From assembly GCA_051362555.1 (NCBI GenBank), contig CM120648.1, positions 12,954,587 to 13,018,586 on the forward strand: a DNA stretch of 64,000 nucleotides. The letters are read 5' to 3'. Made by a program: the position numbers and the translations under genes. This document shows, piece after piece, positions 12,001-22,497 of the stretch (positions are counted from its first letter, which is position 1; each line of letters begins with the position of its first letter). The notes under the pieces were generated by a model, which worked only from the letters and a program-made list of their open reading frames with translations, had not been told where the DNA came from and made no database searches. The stretch comes from Lingula anatina. Its lineage: Eukaryota > Animalia > Brachiopoda.

Positions 12001-13252
12001 TGCTACTCGGACACGATTCACAAAGTCAGTGCTACCCATCAGACAAGTCATCTGCTTTATCACATTCCCTGACCCTGAGAACATAGGTGTAGACACTTCA
12101 TTTGTCATGTTTGCTTGCCTAGTTACATAGATACAGAAGTAAAACGGTTTTTCAGTAATGGCGATCCTAATTTGCATATTTAGGAAAATTGTAAAAATCT
12201 AATTCTTACAGAAACATCTTAATAATGTTCCTCGACCCTGAAAATATAGGTAAAGACACTTCATTTGTCATATTCGCCTGTCTAGTTCCAGAGATATTGC
12301 AGAAAATTGGAAATCTGGCGGCCATTTTGTATTTTTGCAAATTAGACCGTTAAAAACGCAAAATTTCGCTTGGGAACCGGGTTAATCGGATTCAGCATCC
12401 CAAAATTATGCTACTAAGCCCATGGTTCCCAACTTTTACCCCAAAATGCCCCTTGCTTCTTATGCAGAGCCTTTTTTAAAAAATCTCACTAGACTAGTAC
12501 AACCGTACTATTTTATAACCTACATGCATACATGTTTATTATCTTATTGGTTCTGAATTGTTCACAGATAGGTTTCACATGGCGCTCGTCATGTACTACA
12601 TTAAAGACGTATTCAGAACAAATGATCCGCAGACTAAATATGACCGACCTCACTTATCTGTTAGCCCGTGGATCAACTTGTTCTGAATGCGCCCTTAGTC
12701 TTTACGGTATCATATTCTCTGCAAGTGAAGAAAAGTGATTAACACAATATATTTTAAGAACAGAGAGTGAAAAACTCAATGCAATGGAATGTGCTGGTAA
12801 CACAATGAAAGGCGAAGGATTTAGAATATTAATGATGTCAATGAATTTTCCTTTTCTCGCATAAATTTTCTTTATCAGTACGTGATGACTCTACTGTCTC
12901 GTTTAAGGACTATAAGCCTGGTTCCCAACTTTTACCCCAAAATGCCCCTACTATTCATATTTTGTGGAAAACCCACTAGACTATACCATTAGTCATTGAT
13001 TCGACGGCGCTGCAACGAGAACATGATGCAATCACCTATAAAATGAATATTATCCATAGCTGCTACAAATCCCCAAACTTTACAGAGTTATTCCAACGTA
13101 CCTTCCCCACACTGAATCTCCTTACACGTAACCATGATGCCATATTCCTCGTTCCAAACTTCAGTGTAGGAATATTTCGCCATTGCGTTTACCACTGAAA
13201 ACAGTCCCAGAAGGCCTAACACGTGACTACGTGTACGTAGAAGGGAGCCCAT
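47..13252 (-). CDS. TNF receptor superfamily death-receptor-like gene, copy A (3'-partial; death-domain exons lie beyond the left edge)
   Basis: Minus-strand exons with GT/AG ends and consistent phases: E1 13102-13252 (MGSLLRTRSHVLGLLGLFSVVNAMAKYSYTEVWNEEYGIMVTCKEIQCGE, signal peptide), E2 6718-6835 (GEFAKICNPNDRDSSRCVPCEEGSYQD), E3 5900-6102 (CLDQNPDLQKCTTINYPGSLTRDANCSCLQGC), E4 1871-1934 (CFLVCSEGYFKDGDSCKQHT), E5 1080-1159 (NCRKEGKCLEIKGNDTTNNIC), E6 47-292 (TM MLTVILCVTVPMGVISPLAIIAYC then KKRRDKKRPKKKKK). No stops. CxxGxY/F and HTNC..G..G..T.N.C patterns are typical TNFR cysteine-rich repeats. Confidence 0.85.
479..745. mobile_element. TA-flanked MITE (Tc1/mariner-pogo-like)
   Basis: TIR ggggagaccggggctagttggaccccggggtaagttgcccc with its reverse complement, TA at 477-478 and 746-747, and an internal hairpin. 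Absent from the paralogous intron 5 of B and C. Confidence 0.85.
1217..1517. mobile_element. G/C-run MITE with CA...TG ends and 5-bp TSD (hAT5-like)
   Basis: gtatt is duplicated on both sides. B and C show the empty site cattgtattggttg. Related copies at 11589-11824 and 47516-47647. Confidence 0.7.
3169..3299. mobile_element. Small MITE with ccctctaccagga TIR
   Basis: TA-flanked TIRs. A second copy at about 36993-37120 shares the internal cagaccaaaatgactgtc...ctggtagaggg. Confidence 0.65.
7915..8100 (-). mobile_element. Second short Helentron-type non-autonomous family, nested
   Basis: acctc(t/c)gccaagg subterminal inverted repeats, cataactcaaaaagttatgga core, gcact...gagtg hairpin and ctagt end. 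Other copies at 42089-42320 and 48734-49394. Confidence 0.7.
8188..8995. repeat. About 5 copies of a 161-bp satellite-like monomer
   Basis: gctgaaaaaa recurs at 8360, 8521, 8682 and 8843 (period 161). Confidence 0.95.
10040..11010 (-). pseudogene. Decayed Tc1-like DD34E transposase
   Basis: Minus-strand motifs in order: RPRPGRPKVTTRREDR, IFTDKAGF, GSICVWAG, LQDDNVRPHRA, W..NSPEMNSIENLW. D-E spacing is about 34 after correcting frameshifts. Contains stops and frameshifts. Confidence 0.8.
12497..12911. repeat. Inverted duplicate (415 bp) of host intron sequence 6908-7322
   Basis: Near-exact reverse complement. ORFs 7081-7287(-) and 12532-12738(+) differ at only two residues. Confidence 0.95.
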
Positions 13253-13814
13253 GCTTGTTTTGACGAGTTAACTCAACGTCAGTGCTCCTATCCGTCTGAT
13301 TGAGAGTGTTAAGGCCACAAGTAGATCTTAATGACGTCCAACTCAGCTGTCAATACTTTTTAAGAGTCATTTGACAACGACTTCTTCTCATCACCAAGGA
13401 AAAATACACATCAAGTCGACTTGGCCAAGACTAAAACGTAGGTTCTACGTTAATCAGTTCAACTTCACTTTTCAAACACTGTCAAAATATCGTAGCTCCC
13501 GACTTCGAAGTAAAGGTGTTGCAAAACCCTTCTGTTATCCCTTTCTTTTCTATCAGTGGGTGTCACATGACTCTGCTTTCACCAAGTCTTGTGTTCTGTT
13601 GCGTCTGGGATCGAATCAATGGGGGTGGCAAATGTATTGAAACACCTGTGTAAATAGTTCTCTTTGTGAAATGGGGGGGGGGGGGGGTGCGTTAGTTCAA
13701 CGTGTTTTTCGGTTTATTGCTCGCTTTTACAAAGGGTGAATTTTCATCCATGTGTACTATAAAAAGTGCCTGCGAAGATAAATGGTTCTTCTAGACGTCA
13801 CGTTGCTATCATAT

Positions 13815-14330
13815 GGTGCATTCCCATAGATTTTAGATCGATCTATCCCCATGGGGTGTCTCAATAGATTACTGTCAGATAATCCTGCTTAAATGTCTGT
13901 CCTGGGGTAATTAAGCTGTAAGGGTGTAATTAACTTCCGTGCGCGGTCGGCTGACTGCAATGTAACGTGAAACCCCAGGGAGTTAGGTCGATCTCGTAAG
14001 ATCGTTTTAAGGGTGCATTCCTAGAGATTCAGATCGATCCAGAGATAAAATTTTAGATCGACCTAACTCCCTGGGGGTTCACGCTAAATTGCAGTCAGCC
14101 GAGCGTGCACCATAGTTAATTACCCCCTTACAGCGTTTAGTAGGCGGGACAGACGCTTAAGCCGGCTAAGCTGACAGTAATCTAGTGAGACTCCCCACAG
14201 GGATAGATCGATCTAAATTCTATGGGAATGGGGTCTAAATCTCTGGGAATGCCCTCGTAGAGACCATTCCCACAGATCGATCTATCCCCCCGGGGAGTCT
14301 CACTAGATTGCTGGTGAGTCACCTAGGAAT
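13815..14330. mobile_element. Cluster of adjacent or nested fold-back MITEs (gatcgatcta family, PIF/Harbinger-like)
   Basis: Repeated cattcccatagattttagatcgatcta motifs in both orientations. Intact TTA-flanked copies lie at 15959-16173 and 45864-46076. Confidence 0.7.
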
Positions 14331-14699
14331 GCGTGAAAGCCAACCACGACTATATTATACCACCAGTATGTAAAACTTACATTAAGAGGGTTAGCTGTTT
14401 ACACGTTCACAATCAATAAAAGAGGTAGATTGTACCTACCTTCGGTGTCGTTTACACTTTATTAGAAGAAAAATATTTGCCATTACGCATGGAAGAATGA
14501 TACGACGAAGACCAGTCCCCGAAAAAAAAAGAGAGTAGGCCTATAATAAGCGATAACACAGCACAAAAAGTCAATTTTCAGCTCTTTTACTCTTCAGGAA
14601 ATGGGTCTGAATATTCTCTTTACAGCCTTTTCAACGGTGTAAAGCTCTATCGGAAAGGTCAGGGTCTACGGGTTTACTACCCTTTTATGCCTAAGCTTA

Positions 14700-14935
14700 A
14701 AATTGTAGTTGCACTATTACTACGTCTTTCCGATCAAGTATAGGCGTCTAAAACCAACCTCTTTACAATTCCTTTCCGATCAAATATAGGCGATTTTTGA
14801 CACGTCTTAATAACCCTTTTCCGATGAAGTAAATGCGATATGAGGTATGTCATTATAACCCTTTTCCGATCAAATAAAGGCGATTTTAGGTAAGTCTTTA
14901 CTACCCTTTTCTAATCAAATAAGAACGATTATAGT
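14700..14935. repeat. Degenerate 45-bp minisatellite, 5 copies
   Basis: tttccgatcaa-ta-aggcg core at 14727, 14773, 14818, 14863 and 14908. Confidence 0.8.
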
Positions 14936-15958
14936 TATTTCAATTACTTATAGCACTGATAATGTTTCAAATTCAAGTAGCATTTCATTTAGTGAGAGGA
15001 AGGCTTGTGAATTTTCAATTATAGTAATTTATTGCAAAAAACAACAATAACCATTACAATGCAGTGGGAATTATGTTTATAAAGCGCAATGCAGCTACTA
15101 TATTTCACATGTGGAAAGTAATCTTACACTAATTAATGTATTATTTTGTACACTCATTATACGCACACCCTAAACAATAGCGAATACCATTAAAAAATTT
15201 ACCTAGTAAAATAATTACGCAAATAAATACGAACCAAATTTAAATACGACTTTCCAGAACAAAATCTAAGCAAAAGTGCAATTATAGGAATGTCACAGAT
15301 TCATAAGCAGTCGAGCTTAATCCATTATTTATCCAACATCTGGTAAACATATGATGAAAACGAAAACGACTACTACTTATCCATCGACTTAATGTATTTG
15401 CAGAGGGTGGCCGCTCGTTAAATAACATGCCAATTATGTGTGCCCTAATTGCCCGACCCCGTTTTAAAAAATACACTCATTAGGTATTTTTGTTCACATT
15501 GAGTAAGGCGATGAAGCCTAGCTTCCAAGGAAAGATGAAATATTGTCACCAAAATCCCTACAAAATGCGTAGGCTAAAGAAATAAAATAACATTAAAAAT
15601 ATGGGAAAATTAAAAACAAGAGAAACACAACACAACATGTACCTAAAATATCCGACTAACTTAAAGTATTTAATCAAAATCAAATAAATGCTTCTCAAAT
15701 TCTAAGAGAAAAATGTACTTTTGGAATAAATCTGTAGAAAATACAGCTATTTATTTCTTGAGGTGTGTGAAACGTTCATCTTATTTAGCGTGATTCGTGA
15801 AGCACCCCATTCATGCGACTTGTGAATGCAATTGTTTATTCTCCGCCCTTCGTGAAACGAAGACATTATACCCGGTGATACGTGATTTTCGGGATGTTTT
15901 TAAAATGCCTACTATCATTGAGATAATAATACTCTGTGATTTGTGTATTGATGATTTA

Positions 15959-16173
15959 GGGCGTATTCCCATAGATTTTAGATCGATCTATCCCCGTGGG
16001 GAGTCTTACTAGATTACTGTCAGGTAATCCGGCTTAAATGTCTGTCCCGCCTACAACAAGCTGTAAGGGGGTAATTAACTTTCGTGCCCGCTCGGCCGAC
16101 AGCTATTTACTGTGAACCCCCAGGGAGTTAGGTCGATCTAGTTTGGATCGATCTAATCTCTGGGAATGGGGTC
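15959..16173. mobile_element. PIF/Harbinger-like MITE
   Basis: TTA on both sides and imperfect TIRs. Same family as 45864-46076. Confidence 0.8.
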
Positions 16174-16595
16174 TTAGCTTCCCGCGTACTGTGGTCATTC
16201 CCCTCCCCAAATTGGACTTACAAGACTGGGCCTGAATTAAAACATATCAGTTTACTTGGGATCACAGCAAAATAATATACAAATATATGTTCAAATATAA
16301 GAAGTACTGATCTCATTGTAATAACAATATATATAAAAACAGTAAGTAAAAATCAATCACCGTAAAAGAGATATATTAACATTTTTCATGTAGAATAGCG
16401 TGATATTATCTAATCTACAACTGTGGACTCAAATCGTCCTTGCGTGTAAATTATTTCCACACATCAAATCGCCCTTGCGTGTAAATTATTTTCCACACAT
16501 CAATTTGAGCACTTCTTTAGCCTGGCAGACCCCCTCGTCAGATATTTCTGCCGTTGCCCTTTCAACACCTTCCCCTTGTTCAGTGCTGCTATCGC

Positions 16596-16628
16596 CAAGG
16601 AGTTATAACAGTCTGTTATTACTCCTTG
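16596..16628. mobile_element. 33-bp hairpin insertion with 7-bp TSD (P-element-like miniature)
   Basis: caaggagttataacagtctgttattactccttg flanked by ctatcgc on both sides. A related core aaggagttataactcctt occurs at 61623-61640. Confidence 0.6.
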
Positions 16629-17218
16629 CTATCGCCCTTTCCTTTTTTCCAGTGCGGTGTCCTTCTTAACGGTTTCTGTGAAGATATAACGAAATGATAA
16701 CAAAATATAATGTGTAATAACGTATTAAACATAACTGGGTAAAGGGAACAGCATGTCTGACTAAAAAAATTCAGAGAAAGTATCAGGATTGAGAATTACA
16801 AGAATGCATGTACCACTACAACAGACATGGAGAATGTAATAAAATCAAAGACTTGGTAATTTATCAACACACATTGAGCATCAATTATCAAAAATGAAAA
16901 TAAATTAATATTATGAAAATAACAAAAGGAATGAAACCACTTACTGTATTCATCCTCTTGTTTTTCCTGTACATTTACTTTGTACTCTGTCTCTGTGGCT
17001 ATCTTCACACCACACCACATCCTCCCCTTTGCAGTTGCGATTTAATATTCGTTGTTTGGGGGTGGTCGGCTCATGTCTTAGTTAAACTAACTCTTATCAA
17101 AATAACACGATGCAGGACTGGGCCCCTGGGGACGTGTGTTTTGACAGCGCCGCTGATTAAAAGCTTTGAGATTGCTTTTGGGACGTTAGAGTTTAGATTG
17201 AAGTATAAAAGTCCCTTA

Positions 17219-17475
17219 GGCTTCATTCACATGCAATGTCTATTTTCTAAATTCTATTTTCTATTCGCGGTATGTCTTATGATCACGGTCTGTGCACTGA
17301 ATATCCCGCCGCGTAATTACTGGCAGCGCGAGCCAGTTACTTATAGTAACTTATAGTTACTGGCTCGCGCTGCCAGTAATTACGCGGCGGGATATTCAGT
17401 GCACAGACCGTGATCATAAGATAGCGCGAATAGAAAATAGAATTTAGAAAATAGACATTGCATGTGAACGAAGCC
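17219..17475. mobile_element. Near-perfect palindromic PIF/Harbinger-like MITE
   Basis: GGCTTC(A/G)TTCACATG ends, TTA TSD, about 125-bp arms. Sister copy at 19332-19590 (TAA TSD) and a related element at 17826-18030 (TTG TSD). Confidence 0.9.
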
Positions 17476-17825
17476 TTAGATGCGTTATAAAGTGTTTGTG
17501 AAGAGATGACAACGGTGATAGAACGTGTCCGTCTTATAATTCTGATTCGAATTATGTTAGATAATTATTTATTGCCGTATTCAATATTATCGGCTGTTGT
17601 TTCACTTCGGTATGATGTGAGAGAGGTGTCTCGCCTCTGTATGTATTTGACCTGAAGGGCCGACTGTACGAGATACGCACAGTGCGGCGGGGGAAACGAA
17701 AAAAGGGGGGGTTGGACTGGTTGCAGAAAGCGCTTTTCGGTTAACAGGTGACCTTCATCAGCTGCAGAGTCCTGAAAAAAAGGGGGACTGTGCTTAAACA
17801 AAGAAGTGAGAAACCAAAACACTTG

Positions 17826-18030
17826 GGGACCGTTCACATGGAAAGTCTATTTTCTAAAAGAAGAAAACAAAATACTTTAATACCAATGCGGTATCTTGTG
17901 ATCACGGTCTGTGCCCTGAATATCCCGCGGCATAATTACTGGCAGCGCGAGCCAGTTACTTCCGTGATCACAAGATACCGCGAATAGAAAATAGATTTTT
18001 AGAAAATAGACTTTCCATGTGAACGGTCCC
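17826..18030. mobile_element. Related PIF/Harbinger-like MITE (internally deleted)
   Basis: gggaccgttcacatggaaagtctattttct TIR and 3-bp TTG duplication. Confidence 0.8.
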
Positions 18031-19105
18031 TTGGTTTAAGCCTTCATCACCGCGGTTGGAGAGAGGTTACATAAAAGTTTAAATAGCTTATTGACCACCA
18101 TGCTGCTTGTACCCTGACCTCAGCTCATGAGTCATCTCTCGACCATCGTGTTTCAATGGTACTGCAAGTGAAAACTGTGTTAATTACTGGTAGCAATCCC
18201 CATACAAAAACAACCGAATCCGGCTGTCATCTAAAGCAGGCCTGCCCTTCTCTGTCAAAGCCCTGAACTTATAAACACAATAGCCGTTTTTGACTTGCGG
18301 CGATTTACTTATTTTCATGTGAAAAATGAATTTCTATGAAGAAATCAGTATATTGCGATATGATACATTTTCATTAGCAGAAACCGTGTAAAAGTGACAC
18401 ACGATGCACGTTTAATGTGCAGTGATTCTTCACTTAAGTGGTTTAACCACCCCCTTCTCTTCGTCACCCACTGTGAGCAAGATATCATCATCAGTAGAAA
18501 AGTACTCCTGTTATATACGTATTACGGCACATCATACTGATAATGTTTGCTATATATCAACACATTTATCGCTGCTTAACCTTGCAAAATAACAATGGTC
18601 TTATATACCAATAGTTATTCAGTTTCCAAGCAAGGTTTTTATGACAGCTAGTTTAGAACTAATGGTTTACCATGGACATAATAATTATGTCCATGGGTTT
18701 ACTAATGGTTCTAGACATGGTCTATCGAGCGAAATTTTATCGCGGGATGTACTACGATCAGTTGTGGGGCAATACTTATTCATCAAATAAAAAAAATATT
18801 TTAATTCATCTCCAGTCAACATTGGTATTAAAGTATTTTGTTTTCTTCTTTTAGCTGGATGAAATATTGAAGGTGACCGTGACGTTCATTGTTGTTAGTC
18901 GGGCTTTGTTGAAACTTCCCCGGCCACCAGCGCATAGAGTGACACATCTTTATCCTTTTTTGTTTGCAAGCCATTTTTTAGATTTTTTTTTCTGTTACGG
19001 TTTGGCAAAATGAAGAGGTTACAAACGTACACACAACTTAATACTGCGTGTTACCATATTATACATGCATCCCCTACGAATATACTTTATACACAAAATC
19101 TTTAA

Positions 19106-20344
19106 AGACAGTCTTAGCGCGTTAAACCCTTAAAATAGCACGAAAATGAATTTTCCTGAAAATCTCACCAATTTCCCCATAATGACCAAGGTATATCCTA
19201 TCCAAAACCGTTCAGAAAATGAAGCTACCTAATACCGTTTTTAAGTTCAATTAAATAATAAAAGACGACTCGTCTTAAATACTCAGCTACCACCTCACAG
19301 TACGGCTTCAGAACGAGCAATTTCTCGCTAAGGCTTCGTTCACATGCAATGTCTATTTTCTATTTTCTATTTTCTATTTTCGGTATGTCTTATGATCACG
19401 GTCTGTGCACTGAATATCCTGCAGCGTAATTACTGGCAGCGCGAGCCAGTTACTATAAGTTACTATAAGTAACTGGCTCGCGCTGCCAGTAATTACGCGG
19501 CGGGATATTCAGTGCACAGACCGTGATCATAAGACATACCGAAAATAGAAAATAGAAAATAGAAAATAGACATTGCATGTGAACGAAGCCTAAGTCTCGC
19601 GGTTTACTATGAATGAAGTACTACGGCTGAGACCCGGATGTTACTATTTGGCGCCAAAACAGCAAACATGGAGACGCACGTCAAGTCTGAAGAGGAGAGC
19701 GACAAAAGGGGACGAAAGAAAATAGCCACTCCAGTTCGAAAGATACGAAAGAAAATTAGAGACAGACGAAGAAGCACTCAGACTGTGTATGTTGGGAGGG
19801 AGGTGGGGCGGTGGAGGACACTTAAAGCTGAGTTAGGAGGCAATGGCGAAACTACTCCTCGACACGTGAGTATGCGCTTCACAGGTCTCAAGTGTGTCTC
19901 ATAATCATATTATCCTGTTCACAATAAATGACAATATTTGTGCTCATACAAAGTTGGTTACGTGTATAAGAGCGTTTTGGGCTTTACGTTTTCTGTTTTT
20001 GATCGGTACATGTACCGAAAAGGTGGACAGGCGGCATTTACATGTCTGACAAGTTTCGGTCTGTAGTCGTGACGTCTATCTCATTCTGACTGAAGCCTGC
20101 TGTGATTGGTCGTAAGCGTGGGAAAATCGAGGTCGTGACCTTGAGCCGGAGGTACTTCCGGCTGTGCTCCGAAATCATGATAAATAGTTTTCGTTTTCTA
20201 ATTTTTTATTCTAGTTGTCTAAACAGAACTTTTGTGACCCAGACTTATTAATATAATAATAAACAATCTCACAAAACACAAATCTGACCAAAGTTTTACA
20301 TAGAACCTGCTTCTATACATTAATCTAACCCACTGAGACTGTCT
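19106..20344. mobile_element. Kolobok-like non-autonomous DNA transposon with nested MITE (19332-19590)
   Basis: TTAA TSD (19102-19105, 20345-20348) and AGACAGTCT...AGACTGTCT TIR. The paralogous flank near 37840 shows the empty site caaaatctttaacaacttcc. Confidence 0.8.
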
Positions 20345-22497
20345 TTAACAACTTCCACAGGACTTTCCTGTACACTGTCCCCTGTCCCATCAAATTTGAT
20401 ATCTAAGTGATTACTATGTAAGCCTGTGGTATTTTTATGCGGTAGAATGAATGACAAATTAGCGTGCTATGGCTCTCTAACAGCTTTATTTCTCGAAGAC
20501 TCAGAAATCACTTGTACACAGGTGTTGGCATAGCGCCGCCGCAGTTGGTCCCGCCCGCGTCTCAAACGTCAGGTGACTTTCTAACGGTAAGTGATTCTTT
20601 CTCCAAAGAGGTTTTAGAGCCGTATTTATACTTTCTTTAATAAATAAAGTGACCACATAAATCTAATTATACAATCAAAATCTATCAGTATTACAATGTG
20701 CACATGTGCGGGCCAACAAGAAAACTGCTATTATATCCAATACTGAATATTTATTTTTGGCTCTTATTAGAAAAACCAAGTACATGGCTAAGTAATAACT
20801 ATGTAAACCCAAAACCTATATAATAAGTTGTGAAAGCTTAAAGATAATAAATATATAAGCTGACCAATAAGCTTAGAGACCAGTGTGTCACTGGGAGACA
20901 GCTAAAAGTGAAATATATACTGAAGATACCGGTGGTGACACTTGGTTTGTAAACCTGAATGATAGAGTTATTTAATAAAAGCTACTTAAAGTAACACCGG
21001 AAGAAGGAGTCATTAACTAGCAAGCCTTGACAGGTGCTCTTTGGAGTTCACTTAGTAGGCCTAATTTTGCACTAAGAGCGACAAGTAAACTGAAAATTAT
21101 ATTCTTACTCACATCACTGCGTGATAATATGACAAGATATACACACTGCATACATATAAATGTTGCTTAAACCTTAACAGATTAAAATAATAATTTATGC
21201 AACAGAATGTCCTGTGTAATAATATGCACTGGACATGCCCCACAGTGAACACGGAAACCAAGAAGAAGACGACAACTCTTTGACAAAAAAATAAAAAATG
21301 AAAATTAAATAAATAAATAAATAAATAAAAAGCGCACTTAATGCATTTAAGAATTATCGTCTTTTTCTTGGCAACAGGTTTCCTTAAAAAAGCGTCCTTT
21401 ATCACATAAGATCAAGTACTATCTGTAATGTATGGCTCCGCAAGCACCTCTTTCTACGTGAATATTGCATTGACCACCCCCCCCCCCCCCCTCCAAATAA
21501 AATCCCTTGTTATGTTCAAACTTAAGTTGTGACACCAGTTGACCGAGTAAGGTCTGCCCAAGTTCACCAGGAACACATCTTTACTGTTACTTAGTAACCC
21601 ACATAGTTAGGCCAATTCACATTTCTAATGATATTTCAATTTGCATTTTACTACCGAATCCTTTTTCAACCCTTTTCTTAATGACTGAAGTGCTTATGGT
21701 ACACTGCATTACAGATAGTACTTGTTGGTTGTAATATACTAAAATTTGTTTTCTCACACTGAATTTCAAAGCAGGTAGCATCCTTTATAATTGAGATAAG
21801 TTATTATTGCGTTGTTCTCGTGGTCGTTTCTTTGTACATGTATATAAAATAACATTGATCTCAGATACTATATATGCTTTAATTAAACAAAGTTATGTTT
21901 AAAACCCGCGGAAATTCAGGGCGAGAAACCTGGCGTAGTTCGTTATCAAAGTGTACAAAACATTTTCATTATCAACACATGTAAAAAATCGTTTTAAGAT
22001 GTGCAACTCATCAAAAAATGTGTGCAAACATAAACAAAACATATTTTCAATGAACATACAAATCCCTTTGATCGTTGCACTTAATTCATATCTTACCCTT
22101 ACAATAAAGATGTCGACTTCTTCGATCTTATTTTCATTTTTCCTTTTTTTCAAAATACCTACAATCAAGCATTAGCAATAGCTCTTCTTGTTCATAATCC
22201 GTAACTTTAAAGTGGCTTACACTTATCGGAACTCTCGTCTTCAACACCTTGACTCCACCAGTAATATCCAACATATTAATCTCATATTCTTATTAATATG
22301 AATAAGGTAATCAAAACTATACAACAAGTAACATTTTTGCATTTACATTGGAAATAAATATAACAATGAGGTAAAAAAACATGCAAGTCTTCTGCCCTAC
22401 ATGTATCAGTAGAGTACAACCGTGTTGTTCGCATTGCTATTTTGTGTCAACTTGCATACGAAGTTCTCTTAGAACTAGATCTCTGCTTAAAGGTCTA

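Larger units (their letters stand above)
7323..12983. mobile_element. Non-autonomous long-TIR DNA transposon (Academ-like) in intron 1 of copy A
   Basis: Termini TAGTCTAGTG...CACTAGACTA with a 3-bp TSD TAC (7320-7322, 12984-12986). The paralogs show the empty site ggttg(t/c)(a/g)ccat. About 560-bp inverted arms at 9091-9650 and 11923-12475. TAG/CTA ends, a 3-bp TSD and long TIRs fit Academ. Confidence 0.65.

Noticed and set aside
7081-12738. Duplicated short ORF pairs (7081-7287/12532-12738; 9392-9625/11944-12177) as small genes
   Set aside because: They are by-products of the inverted duplication and TIRs. The first pair overlaps a small MITE, and neither has protein-like features.
7323-12983. 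Classifying the large element as CACTA or plain Tc1
   Set aside because: The CACTA pentamer is in the wrong position and orientation for a CACTA terminus, and the symmetric reading gives TAG...CTA ends with a TAC TSD rather than TA.
14700-14935. 45-bp repeat-spacer pattern as a CRISPR-like array
   Set aside because: The linkers are homologous to one another and the repeats are degenerate.
16913-17356. 147-aa hydrophobic ORF
   Set aside because: It runs into a palindromic MITE and has AT-rich non-coding composition.
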